Shown here piece by piece: positions 9,166 to 19,000 of a stretch of DNA of 64,000 nucleotides (within the stretch, counting starts at the first letter, position 1; every line of letters starts with the position of its first letter). Both the position numbers and the translations under genes were made by a program. Source of the DNA: Nitrososphaerota archaeon (GTDB lineage Archaea > Thermoproteota > EX4484-205 > JAAOZP01); NCBI GenBank assembly GCA_011605725.1, contig JAAOZP010000011.1:96001-160000 (forward strand), in the 5' to 3' direction. The notes beneath the pieces were generated by a model. It made no database searches. It had not been told where the DNA came from and saw nothing but the letters and a program-made list of their open reading frames with translations.

Positions 9166-9852
9166 CTAGCCTTGATTCGAAAGCCTCATCCTTACTTCTT
9201 CAAGATCCTTAAGCGTGTCTACAGACTTCCAGTACGCATCAGCCTCAAAATATCTCCTTAACAATCCTTCCTCAGCCAGCTTTGGAAAAACCAGTTTCTC
9301 CACATCGCCCTCATTATGCTCCAGAAACCTGTGTTTAAGCCCCGCGTCAATCAGGTAGATGCCTGCGTTAATATAGTGTGGCAGCATGGGCTTCTCCTCG
9401 AAACCGGTTATCGTCTCCCCAGAGACCTGGACAATGCCGTATGGCGACCTGAGAAGCGTTAAGGCTATGCTTACTGTACCAGGCTTCCATTCAGAAATCA
9501 TCCTGGAAATATTTATGTCCGTGACGATGTCGCCGTTCATCACAAGATACAGGTCTGAATCAACATTTTTCAAAAGACTGTTTATAGCGTAGAGCGTACC
9601 TCTAGGCTTATCCTCAATAATATAATGGATATGAATATCCTGCCAGTTCTCACCATATCTTTTAACCAGCTTTTCATGCTGGTATCCCGCCAACAGGTAG
9701 ACTTCGAAGATTTTAGCGTGCTTCATCTGCATTATAAGCCTGTCCAGAATCGTGAAGTTTCTACCTATCTCCAGCAGCGGCTTCGGAACACTGTCCGTCA
9801 GAGGCCTAAGCCTCTTTCCAAGGCCTCCGCAGAGCACTCCGCCCACTATCAT
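9166..9852 (-). CDS. Sugar-phosphate nucleotidyltransferase
   Basis: LCGGLGKRLRPLTDSVPKPL, NGDIVTD, FEEKP, INAGIY. Confidence 0.9.
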   Translation of the reverse strand: MIVGGVLCGGLGKRLRPLTDSVPKPLLEIGRNFTILDRLIMQMKHAKIFEVYLLAGYQHEKLVKRYGENWQDIHIHYIIEDKPRGTLYAINSLLKNVDSDLYLVMNGDIVTDINISRMISEWKPGTVSIALTLLRSPYGIVQVSGETITGFEEKPMLPHYINAGIYLIDAGLKHRFLEHNEGDVEKLVFPKLAEEGLLRRYFEADAYWKSVDTLKDLEEVRMRLSNQG

Positions 9853-10089
9853 TCTGAAGATTTGAGAGTGGGCGTGTGGTTAAAAACTTCTCTCCCCCGG
9901 ATTCTTGAAACCAGTGTTAGCTTCAGGCGAGCTGGACTCGCGTTCCGCGTTCTTAAAACCATATGTTTATAAGGATTCTGGATTTTAGAAACACATGCGT
10001 GGAGTGAGGGAAAACAGGAAGACAAGAATACTCTGCAACCATTTTGCTCGAAAGCAGGCTTACCCGGAGGATTCTCCTCCTGATCCCCT

Positions 10090-11508
10090 TTGACGAGCAC
10101 AGGGCCTGCTTTTAAACCTGGCTACGCTCTCCCAAGTGAGGTTTTGGAGAAGCTCAGGAATCTGCTTGGCGAGAGGTTTTCAACGGGAGATGCTGACCTT
10201 CTCTCCTACAGTCACGATTACTGGCCAATATCTCTGCAATGGGTGCTTAAAGGGAGCTTCCCCTGGGTGCCCAGCGCTGTCGCTTGGCCGGAGAACACGT
10301 TTGAAGTCCAAGAAATCGTTAAGACTGCTTACGGGAACAGTATTCCGGTCTACGCCTTCGGCGGGGGCTCAGGGGTTCTGGGCGGGACTGTTCCCGAGAA
10401 GGGAGGAATAGTTGTAGACTTGAAGAGGATGCGCTCAATCCGGCTCAACGAGGAAGACATGGTTGTCGAGGCCGAGGCTGGGGTTAACGGTTACTACTTG
10501 GAGAAGTATTTGAACAGCAAGGGTTACACGCTCGGCCATATTCCTCAATCCATCTATGTTTCAACCCTGGGAGGGTGGATTGCTACTAAAGCGACTGGAC
10601 AGTTCTCAACCAAGTACGGCGGCATAGAGGATATGGTTCTGGGGCTTGAGGCAGTCCTGCCTTGGGGGAGTGCAGTAACACTGCCGCCACATCCTAGAAC
10701 ATCAACCGGTCCGGATTTGAGAAGACTCTTCATAGGAAGTGAGGGTGTTCTAGGTATAGTTACCAGGGCCTGGCTTAAAACATGCATACTCCCGGAGGAA
10801 AGGGTTCTCCTCTCCTATGTTTCAGAAACCTTTGAAGAGGCTCTTGAATCCGTCAGGAGAATACTCAAGAGGGGTGCTAAGCCAGCTGTAGTGAGGGTTT
10901 ACGACGAGGCTGAGACTAAAAGACACTTCTACATGTTTGAAGAAGCATACGGCAGGATCATGACCGTGATCGTGGTGGAGGGGGACTCTGGAATTGCTGG
11001 GGCTGAGCGCAGGATTGTGGAGGAGGAGTTCAGAGGAAGGATGCTTGGAGAGGAGCCTGTGAAACACTGGCTTGAAACAAGGTTCATGGTTAAAGAGGCT
11101 TCCGAGTTTGCTCCGCTAGGGGTTGTTTTCGACACTATAGAGGTTTCAGTAGGCTGGAGCAGGGCTATGAGCCTCTACCGGAGCCTTGTTGAAGCGGTGC
11201 GGGCTGTTAAGGGGACGCTCTTCGCATCCGCGCATGCTTCACACTTCTATCCTCAGGGCGTCTGCTTCTACTTTACTTTCGCCGGAGTGCCTAGGGGCAA
11301 CCCGGAGAAGTATTACAACGACGTGTGGGAAGCCGCGATGAAGACTACTCTTGAAAACGGCGGGTCGATAAGCCACCACCACGGCGTCGGCAGGCAGAGG
11401 AGAAGCTGGCTTAAGAATGAGCTTGGACCTGCCTTCAACCTTCTCAAAAAGGTTAAGACTGCTCTAGACGATAAGGGTGTGATGAACCCGGGGAACATGG
11501 GGTTGTAA
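10090..11508 (+). CDS. Alkyl-dihydroxyacetonephosphate synthase-like FAD oxidoreductase (VAO/PCMH fold)
   Basis: GHIPQS..STLGGWIAT, KYGGIEDM, PRTSTGPDL, GSEGVLG, ISHHHGVG, MNPG. Confidence 0.85.
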   Translation: MTSTGPAFKPGYALPSEVLEKLRNLLGERFSTGDADLLSYSHDYWPISLQWVLKGSFPWVPSAVAWPENTFEVQEIVKTAYGNSIPVYAFGGGSGVLGGTVPEKGGIVVDLKRMRSIRLNEEDMVVEAEAGVNGYYLEKYLNSKGYTLGHIPQSIYVSTLGGWIATKATGQFSTKYGGIEDMVLGLEAVLPWGSAVTLPPHPRTSTGPDLRRLFIGSEGVLGIVTRAWLKTCILPEERVLLSYVSETFEEALESVRRILKRGAKPAVVRVYDEAETKRHFYMFEEAYGRIMTVIVVEGDSGIAGAERRIVEEEFRGRMLGEEPVKHWLETRFMVKEASEFAPLGVVFDTIEVSVGWSRAMSLYRSLVEAVRAVKGTLFASAHASHFYPQGVCFYFTFAGVPRGNPEKYYNDVWEAAMKTTLENGGSISHHHGVGRQRRSWLKNELGPAFNLLKKVKTALDDKGVMNPGNMGL

Positions 11509-11509
11509 A

Positions 11510-12655
11510 ATGCCTGGGAAATGGGACTGGCTTAAGGATGAGCTGCGCGCATCCGGATTGGCTGGAGCCACCCCCCTCGTCATCAGGTTTATCAGCGGGA
11601 GGCTACGGGGGCCTGACGACCTTGTGAAGTGTGCCCTATGTCCAAACATGTGTCGCCACGCCTGTCCAGTGGGCATAGTTGACGGGAGGGAGACGACCTC
11701 GCCGGCTGGAAAGACTAGGGCGGCTCTCCTCCTGAGGCAGGGGAGGCTGCAGCCGACGCTGGAGAACGTTTCTCCGCTTTACACCTGCCTCTCGTGCAAC
11801 GCGTGCAGCGTCTGGTGTCCTTTCGGTTTTTCAGTCGCAGACCTTGTTAGGCCAGTTAAGGAGAAGGCTGCCGGCGGCGGAAGCATCTTCAAAGAGTTTA
11901 GAGAGGTTTTTGAAAACCTTGAGAAACACGGGTATGTATATGGAGAGCCTAAGCGTGAGGATTCAGGCTTGCACGGCGACCTGCTCTACTTAAGAGGCTG
12001 CACGCTGAGGGAGAAGCAGCCGGGCGTAGCTGAGAAGGCTGAGCATGTTTTAGAGGAGCTTGGCTACAGGCCTTTCACGATTGACGAGGCGTGCTGCGGC
12101 ATACCTGCCTACAACCTTGGGAACACTAGGCTCTTCAAGAGGGTTGCGGAGAAGCAGGCTGAGAAGATAAACTCTAGCGGCGCTGGAATAATCGTAGCCT
12201 CATGCCCATCCTGCGTATACGCTTACCGAGTCCTCTACCCTAAGCACGGGGTTAAGATTAATGCTGAAGTCAATCATATTGCAGAGTTCCTAGAGGACAG
12301 GCTGAAGGGTTTTAAAGGAGAAGGCAGGGTTGTTATCCACAACCCTTGTAAGCTAGCCTTTGCACTAGGGAAGCCCAAGGCCCTTTACAACACGCTCTCC
12401 AGCGTCGAGGGGCTCACCGTCAGGGAGCCGAGGAGAAGCGGAGGCGAAACATTCTGCTGCGGGTACGGTGGGAGTGCTGTTCCTCGTCTCAACCCTCAGC
12501 TGGCCCGCAGAATAGCCTTGGAGAGGGGGGTTGAGCTTACGGAGGAGGCTGAAACCATTGTCACAGCGTGCCCAACATGCAAGCTAGCTTTAGAGTCAAA
12601 CGGTTTCAAGGTTCTCGACGTAATGGAGCTTCTCCACTCTTTCACCAGTGGTTAA
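11510..12655 (+). CDS. GlpC/HdrD-like Fe-S protein (two ferredoxin-type motifs plus CCG domains)
   Basis: CALCPNMCRHACP, CLSCNACSVWCP, CCG twice, CPSC and CPTC. Confidence 0.88.
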   Translation: MPGKWDWLKDELRASGLAGATPLVIRFISGRLRGPDDLVKCALCPNMCRHACPVGIVDGRETTSPAGKTRAALLLRQGRLQPTLENVSPLYTCLSCNACSVWCPFGFSVADLVRPVKEKAAGGGSIFKEFREVFENLEKHGYVYGEPKREDSGLHGDLLYLRGCTLREKQPGVAEKAEHVLEELGYRPFTIDEACCGIPAYNLGNTRLFKRVAEKQAEKINSSGAGIIVASCPSCVYAYRVLYPKHGVKINAEVNHIAEFLEDRLKGFKGEGRVVIHNPCKLAFALGKPKALYNTLSSVEGLTVREPRRSGGETFCCGYGGSAVPRLNPQLARRIALERGVELTEEAETIVTACPTCKLALESNGFKVLDVMELLHSFTSG

Positions 12656-12657
12656 CA

Positions 12658-14415
12658 ATGTTCACGCTAGACGATAAAGTAGCAAGCGTTTTAAAAAAGT
12701 ATCCTTACAATATTTCCTTCAGAGTAAGGGATAACATTGTTTTCCTCCAGGGAGAGGTTGACAGCCACATGGAGTGGGTTGAAATAGGGCTTTCCATAGG
12801 CAGGATAAGAGGGGTTGAGGGGGTTGTGAATAAGATAACGTGGAGAGGCGCCTCAGGGAAGGAGGCTAGAGAGGAGTGGAGAAGAAGGGTTTTCGAAGAA
12901 AAGAGGAACGCTGTGGTCGGAGAGTACGACGTGGTCATAATAGGCGGGGGAGTCGTCGGAGCAGCCCTAGCTAGAGAGCTCTCGAAATACGAGCTTAAAA
13001 CAGCTCTCCTGGAGAAGTCTACGGATATTGCTGCCGGAACCACTAAGGCGAACAACGGCATGATTCACGCGGGCGTGGAGCCCTCCAGGGGTACTCTGAA
13101 AAGAATGCTTAACGTAAGGGGGAACGCTATGTACGGTAAGCTTGCTGAGGAACTGGGTTTCAGGTTTAACCGGCTGGGCAGCCTCTGGCTGGTCACTCCA
13201 AGGACGCTGGCGTCGTACAGGAAGTATCTGCCGGGTCTGCTTTACAACCTGGTGTTGAAACACGTTTTTCCCTGGGTGGTTAAGATTAAAGGCTTGGTGA
13301 ACGGGGTTAGGAGCATTAAAATCATAAGGGGCCGAAGGATTTTCGAGCTCGAGCCGTTCGCAACCAGGGATGCTGTGGCTGCAGTCTACATTCCTTCCAC
13401 GGCTGTAGTCGACCCGTATGAGGTGGCTGTTGCCCTCGCGGAAAACGCTGAGGCTAACGGTGTTGAGATTCATCTAGAGACTGAGGCCGTCGGCTTCATC
13501 AAGGATGGTAGTGTCATCAGGGGAGTCGTAACCAATAAGGGGGTTTTCCTATGCAGATACGTCGTAAACTCCGCAGGGCTTTACGCTGACGAGGTTGCTG
13601 CACTAGCCGGCTCAGAGGAGTACACTATCCACCCGAGGAAAGGAGTACTCCTGGTTTTTCACAGGGACACCGGGGTTTTCACCCGCCACTGTCTGGCTGA
13701 GATCATTCTCCCTCAGGATCCATACACCAAGGGTGGGGGTATAAACCCTACTGTCCACGGGAACGTGCTCTGGGGGCCGACGGCGGTCGAGGTCCCGGAT
13801 AAGGAGGACACGTCCGTTACAAGGGAGGAGATAGAGCATGTCTTGAACAAGTACTCAGGCATAGTTCCCGGGTTTCCGAGGGACAAGGTGATAAGGTATT
13901 TCGCAGGCGTAAGGGCGGCGACATTCACAGAGGACTTCGTCATAAGGCCTGCCAAATGGGTTAGGAACCTCCTACACGTAGCCGGAATACAGTCGCCCGG
14001 GCTCGCCGCCTCACCAGCCATAGCGGAATACGCTGTCGAGAAGCTGAGGGGAATGGGGCTGAGGCTCAAGCCGAAGACGGGCTTCAACCCCAGAAGGAGG
14101 CCAATGCCGAGGGCAGCCGACATGAGCCTTGAGGAGCTTGAGGAGAAGATAAGGATGGACCCCGCGTGGGGCAGGATCGTGTGCACCTGCGAATTCGTCT
14201 CAGAAGCTGAGATCGTGGAGGCTGTTCGAAGAGGCGCTAAGACCCTCGACGCTGTGAAGAGGCGTACTAGGGCAGGGATGGGGGAGTGTCAAGGGAGCTT
14301 CTGCACGCTTGAAACAGCTCTCATCCTGTCTAGGGAGACAGGCGTGCCTTTGGACATGCTTCTTAAGGAGGAGGGTAGGCTGTTCAACGGCTACGTCAGG
14401 GGTGAGCAGCCGTGA
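12658..14415 (+). CDS. GlpA-like FAD glycerol-3-phosphate dehydrogenase with N-terminal BON and C-terminal BFD-like [2Fe-2S] domains
   Basis: IIGGGVVG, TKANNGMIHAG, GIQSPGL, CTCE..RAGMGECQGSFC; BON pattern VFLQGEV..GVEGVVNKI; ATG 12658 follows the upstream stop. Confidence 0.85.
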   Translation: MFTLDDKVASVLKKYPYNISFRVRDNIVFLQGEVDSHMEWVEIGLSIGRIRGVEGVVNKITWRGASGKEAREEWRRRVFEEKRNAVVGEYDVVIIGGGVVGAALARELSKYELKTALLEKSTDIAAGTTKANNGMIHAGVEPSRGTLKRMLNVRGNAMYGKLAEELGFRFNRLGSLWLVTPRTLASYRKYLPGLLYNLVLKHVFPWVVKIKGLVNGVRSIKIIRGRRIFELEPFATRDAVAAVYIPSTAVVDPYEVAVALAENAEANGVEIHLETEAVGFIKDGSVIRGVVTNKGVFLCRYVVNSAGLYADEVAALAGSEEYTIHPRKGVLLVFHRDTGVFTRHCLAEIILPQDPYTKGGGINPTVHGNVLWGPTAVEVPDKEDTSVTREEIEHVLNKYSGIVPGFPRDKVIRYFAGVRAATFTEDFVIRPAKWVRNLLHVAGIQSPGLAASPAIAEYAVEKLRGMGLRLKPKTGFNPRRRPMPRAADMSLEELEEKIRMDPAWGRIVCTCEFVSEAEIVEAVRRGAKTLDAVKRRTRAGMGECQGSFCTLETALILSRETGVPLDMLLKEEGRLFNGYVRGEQP

Positions 14416-15653
14416 GGGACGCCACGGTGATAGGAGGGGGGCCTTCAGGTCTGGCTGCAGCCGTATGGCTTGCGGAGAAGGGTTACGACGTAGCGGTCGT
14501 CGAAGTGATGGGGGAGCTCGGCGGGATGTTGACGCAGTGCATTCACGATGGCTTTGGAACAAGGGTTTTCGGAGAAGCCCTTTCGGGGCCAGAGTTTTCA
14601 GAAAGGCTTGTGAAAAAGGCCCGGTTGCTCGGGCTCAGGACGTTTCTGAATACCTACGTGAAGGAGGTTAGGATCGGGAAGGAGTTTAAAGAGGTTGTTG
14701 CAGTCAGCCCGGCGGGGGTTCAGAGGCTTCAGACTAGGGTGATAGTCTACGCGATAGGCTGCAGAGAGAGGAACGGTTTTGAAATAAGGCTTGGCGGAGC
14801 AAGGCCGGCAGGGGTCTACACGGCTGGAATGGTTCAGAGGCTCGTAAACCTGTACGGGGTTCTCCCGGGGAGGAGGATCGTGATAATGGGCGGCGGCGAC
14901 GTCGGCATGATTGTAGCTAGACACCTCCACCTGGAGGGTGTGGAGAGCATCCTGATGGTTTTCCCAGAGGCTGGCTTCGCAGGGCTTCCGAGGAATGTTC
15001 AACAATGCATTCTAGACTTCGGAATCCCGTTCAGGCCCAGGACGGTTGTGAAAAAGGTAATCGGGAAAGAGAGGGTGGAAGGAGTCGTCTTAACCAGGGT
15101 TGATGAAAAGTGGAACCCTGTTGAGGGGACTGAGGAATTCCATGCTTGCGACACTGTTGTCCTCGCCCTAGGCTTAGTGCCCTACACCGGGGAGCTTAAG
15201 CTCGGGGTTAGAATGGATCCTGCAACCAGAGGCCCTGAGGTGAACGAGTTTTTCGAAACCAGTGTGCAAGGGGTTTTCGCCGTGGGGAACCTCGTCCAGG
15301 TTTTCGACTATGTTGACGACGCTTTTGAAACCGCATGCATAGCTGCCAGGGGTGTGGAAAAGTATTTGAACAGCGGGTTGAAGACGGCTCCGATAAGGCT
15401 TTCCCCAGGGGAAAACGTTAGGATGCTTACACCCCAGAGGGTTGAATGGGTTGACGATGCGGACGTGCCGGTGTTCCTGAGACCGGCTGTTGAGAAGGCT
15501 AATGTACGCATAGTGGTGAGGAACAGGGAGGGAAGGGTCCTCGGAGGATTCTTCAAGAGGTATGTTAGGCCTTCTACGCTTGAGAGAATAGAGGTTCCCA
15601 GAAGCATGCTAAGCAACCTGCAGGAGGTTTCGATAGATATTGCAGAGGATTGA
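14412..15653 (+). CDS. Pyridine nucleotide-disulfide oxidoreductase (partner of GlpA-like G3PDH)
   Basis: IGGGPSG, QCIHDGFG, GCRER, GGGDVG, TSVQGVFAVGN; GTGA overlap. Confidence 0.88.
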   Translation: MRDATVIGGGPSGLAAAVWLAEKGYDVAVVEVMGELGGMLTQCIHDGFGTRVFGEALSGPEFSERLVKKARLLGLRTFLNTYVKEVRIGKEFKEVVAVSPAGVQRLQTRVIVYAIGCRERNGFEIRLGGARPAGVYTAGMVQRLVNLYGVLPGRRIVIMGGGDVGMIVARHLHLEGVESILMVFPEAGFAGLPRNVQQCILDFGIPFRPRTVVKKVIGKERVEGVVLTRVDEKWNPVEGTEEFHACDTVVLALGLVPYTGELKLGVRMDPATRGPEVNEFFETSVQGVFAVGNLVQVFDYVDDAFETACIAARGVEKYLNSGLKTAPIRLSPGENVRMLTPQRVEWVDDADVPVFLRPAVEKANVRIVVRNREGRVLGGFFKRYVRPSTLERIEVPRSMLSNLQEVSIDIAED

Positions 15654-16002
15654 GCTTCTCTGCACCCGGTGCCCCAGGGGCTGCCTTCTAAGGGTTACTG
15701 CAACAGGGAGCAGAGTGGCTGTGGAGGGTAACGAGTGTCCAGTTGGCGAGAAGCACGGGGCCGAGGAGGCTTTGAACCCTAGGCGGACCGTCTCGACAAC
15801 TGTTAGGATAATTGGCGCGAGGCTTCCACGCCTTCCAGTAAGGACTTCTGAGCCGGTGTTGAAGAATAGGGTGAGGGATGTTGTTGCTGCGCTTAAGAAC
15901 ATTGCAGTAGAGGCCCCGGTTAAGGCGGGTCAGGTAATTCTTAAAAACGTTGCTGACACTGGAGTAGACATCATAGCTGAGAGGGATATGGAGAGGGCTT
16001 AG
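15640..16002 (+). CDS. DUF1667 family metal-binding subunit
   Basis: CTRCPRGC..GNECP..NPRRTVSTTV..LPVRT..APVKAG. Confidence 0.9.
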   Translation: MQRIELLCTRCPRGCLLRVTATGSRVAVEGNECPVGEKHGAEEALNPRRTVSTTVRIIGARLPRLPVRTSEPVLKNRVRDVVAALKNIAVEAPVKAGQVILKNVADTGVDIIAERDMERA

Positions 16003-16003
16003 C

Positions 16004-17506
16004 ATGAGCTATTTTCTCATACTGGATGTCGGAACCACCAACGTGAAGGCGCATGCTTTTTCGATTAATGGTGAAAACCTGCTTGAACTAGCGGAGAGGC
16101 TTCGGCCAAGCTATCCTAGGCCTGGATGGGTTGAAGAAGACCCGATGGACTTCATCATCAGGATTAGCAGACTCGTCGACATGTTTTTCGAAAAGCTTGG
16201 GAAACCGCTTGGAATAGGCTTGACAAACCAGCGGAGCAGCACCGTCTTATGGAGCAAGAAGTCTGGGGAGCCTCTTTACAACGCGATCACGTGGCAGGAC
16301 ACTAGGACCAAGGATATTGTAGAAGAGTTTTCCTCAAGGTTTCTAGTAAGCATGGGGAGGACACTGGGCAAGGCTTTCAACCTTCTCTCTAAGGCTTTTC
16401 CACCTTTAAAGGAGACAAGCAGGGGAGCCTACTTTGTTACACTTGCATACGTGTCGTTCGGAACAACACATTCCTCCATGCACCTAAGATGGCTCATCGA
16501 CAATGTTCCAGATGCGAGGCGCGCCGTTGAAAACGGTGAGGCTGTTTTCGGAACGATAGATTCATGGATCGCTTGGAACCTTACTGGCAGACATGTAACC
16601 GACTATACTAACGCGAGTGCCACAGGCCTGTTCGACTCTTTCAGCATGAAATGGAGCAGGAACATTTTAAGCATCGTAGGGGTTCCGAGAAGCATTCTTC
16701 CAACAATAGTTCCTAACGATGCTGCAATAGGCAGGGTTAAGGATTACGATGTTCCTCTTCTCACAATGATAGCTGACCAGCAGGCCTCACTTTACATGGC
16801 GGGTGTTTCCAAGGGTGTTGTGAAGATGACGAGCGGCACCGGAACATTCATAGATATGAATGTTGGGGAGAAGTGTATGGCTGGAGCGAGAGGACTCTAC
16901 CCGTTGATTGCACTCGCCACCAAGCGTAGAAACCTTTACCTGCTGGAGGGGAATGTTCTAACCTCAGGCTCAACGCTAGACTGGCTTATTGAAGTAGGGC
17001 TTATGAAAGACTATTCTGAGATACGTGAAGCCTTCGAGAAAACGGGGGAGGGCGGAATAGTGTTCATCCCCGCTCTCTCCGGGCTCGGAACACCCTATGT
17101 GAAGCCTGATGCAACAGGCATGATCCTTGGGATCACGAGGGGAACCAGGAGGGAAGACCTGATCCGAGGGGCTGTTGAGGGCGTGGCTATGCGCTGCGTG
17201 GAGATACTCGAGTATCTTGAGAAAACAACTGGAATAAGGGTACAGCGCGTAGTAGCCGACGGCGGGCTCTCTAAGAGCGACGACTTCCTCCGGACTGTTG
17301 CAAACTATTCTTCAAAGCTTGTCTTGAGACCAGTACACCTGAATGGCTCCGCCTACGGGACCTACATGCTGTGTAAGAACATATTGCTCGGAAAGGATCC
17401 TGTGGAAGCATGGGAAGAGCCTGCTGTCGAGAAGGCTTTCACCCCGGTTGAACCCAGGGGGGAGCTTATGGCACGCTGGACCAGAGCTTTGAGGAGGCTT
17501 CTTTAA
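16004..17506 (+). CDS. glpK: FGGY-family glycerol kinase (GK5-like, with insertion)
   Basis: LDVGTT, TNQR, WQDTR, GTIDSW, TDYTNASATG, DQQA, GTGTF, DGG. Confidence 0.85.
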   Translation: MSYFLILDVGTTNVKAHAFSINGENLLELAERLRPSYPRPGWVEEDPMDFIIRISRLVDMFFEKLGKPLGIGLTNQRSSTVLWSKKSGEPLYNAITWQDTRTKDIVEEFSSRFLVSMGRTLGKAFNLLSKAFPPLKETSRGAYFVTLAYVSFGTTHSSMHLRWLIDNVPDARRAVENGEAVFGTIDSWIAWNLTGRHVTDYTNASATGLFDSFSMKWSRNILSIVGVPRSILPTIVPNDAAIGRVKDYDVPLLTMIADQQASLYMAGVSKGVVKMTSGTGTFIDMNVGEKCMAGARGLYPLIALATKRRNLYLLEGNVLTSGSTLDWLIEVGLMKDYSEIREAFEKTGEGGIVFIPALSGLGTPYVKPDATGMILGITRGTRREDLIRGAVEGVAMRCVEILEYLEKTTGIRVQRVVADGGLSKSDDFLRTVANYSSKLVLRPVHLNGSAYGTYMLCKNILLGKDPVEAWEEPAVEKAFTPVEPRGELMARWTRALRRLL

Positions 17507-17507
17507 A

Positions 17508-18916
17508 TCAGTTTTCAGCATGTTTAAAGTAGACAGGGTTCGTCAAAGCGAAGACGGTGTCGTCCTCCCCAAGTTTGACGGAATACGGGTCTGAGTACCA
17601 GCCCAGCTCAGCCCTTATAAACATGCAGTTCTGCTTAACCCTGAGCTTCTTCACATGCTTGAAGGCTTTTCCATCAATACGGATTGTTTCCTCCACTCCT
17701 TGAGAAGTTATCAGTCTCAGCACGGCTCCTTCCCCGTCCTGGGCTTCAGCCGTGATTTCCACCTCCTCTTCACCGTTCACGTTAACCACGTCACCGGTTT
17801 CAAAGACTCGTGGACCAGAGTAAGCCTTCAACTCTAGAAGCGGCCCGTTTAGAGAATGAGATATGAATACCCTGCCCTGTTTAACGGAGCTTAATACACT
17901 CCTTATAGAGAGAGAGTTTACCCGTATCCACGTAGTCGGTTCGCTAAGCCTGATGAAAGAATTCTCCGCACCATGATAGTCGCTACCGCCTACGCTGTCA
18001 CCTTAAGACCCTCGCTCAGCAAGCTATGCCACCATGCAAGAGATTCCCAGTTCTTCAAAAACCATGGGCCGTTCCAAACTTCCACAGCGTCGAAACCCCT
18101 TACTTCTTTAAACTGGAAGTCGCAACCTATGCAGAGCTCTCCGAGGTCCCTAGGGTGGTCAACCGATACTAAGAGGCCTCTGCTGTGAGCCTCGTTGATC
18201 AGAGAAACAAAGTCCTCCCGCCTCCTCCTTCTGAAGTCAAACCAATCTCCTCCCCATATGTTTAAGTGCCCGCGGTACGTGGTTACTTCCACTCCAGGTA
18301 TTAAAAGGACAGGCGGGTCCTTGATTCCCAGAACCTCGTAAAACTGGCTTCGCGTATTGTGGTCAGTTATAGCTATGTAGTTCAGGTTCTGTTCAAGAGC
18401 CATGTCAACCAGTTCAGGGATACTCTGCTTCCCATCGCTATGATGGCTGTGAACATGTAAATCCCCCTTTATCCATCCTGAGGCTAAGGCTTGCTTCCGC
18501 TTGGGCCACTTTAGAGAGTGCTCTTCAAAACCGTGACCCGTGGAAACAGCTTCTCCAAGCCTAAAAGCACTCGCTAAAACCCTGTACTTGCATCCGTCGG
18601 GCGGTATTTTAGCCAGACCTAGGATTATTGACCATGCTCCAGGAGGGATCTCGCCGGCAACATACCCTGGGGTAGCTGCCTCAACGGATATTGTGAACTT
18701 AGGCTTGTTCGAGCCACTCCAACCCCTGAACAATCCTTTCGGGTCTATTATGCCTATGTCTAGGACACACTTCGGTCCTCCCTGGTATTCGTACGAGACC
18801 TCTATGGCGTCGCAGGCCTGGGGAAGGTTGAACGTTAAGTACTTGTAGTCATCTTCATCCTTGTCTCTGGGGGTTAACACTCCTTGAAACTCCCATCTTA
18901 GAACTTCCTTCCTCAA
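17508..18916 (-). pseudogene. CehA/McbA-family PHP metallohydrolase with a 1-nt frameshift at about 17993
   Basis: GDLHVHSHHSDG, ITDHN, DHP; a frame shift restores VGGSDYH...PTTW and runs into ORF 17508..17831, which ends ALTNPVY. Confidence 0.8.
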
Positions 18917-19000
18917 GCTACTTAATTCCTGATGCAGGCTGGATTTAAACCCGCCTCCGCAAAAAACATTGTTAAATAGCTGGCAAAATTTCCCTGCTGG

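Noticed and set aside
9849-10100. 83-aa ORF between divergent genes
   Set aside because: Occupies the promoter region, has no motif, and overlaps both neighbours
12568-12657. N-terminal extension of the GlpA ORF
   Set aside because: Overlaps the upstream Fe-S gene; ATG 12658 just after its stop is the better start
17990-17992. TAG as a pyrrolysine/readthrough codon
   Set aside because: The in-frame continuation is non-homologous and soon stops; the conserved GGSDYH lies in another frame, so this is a frameshift
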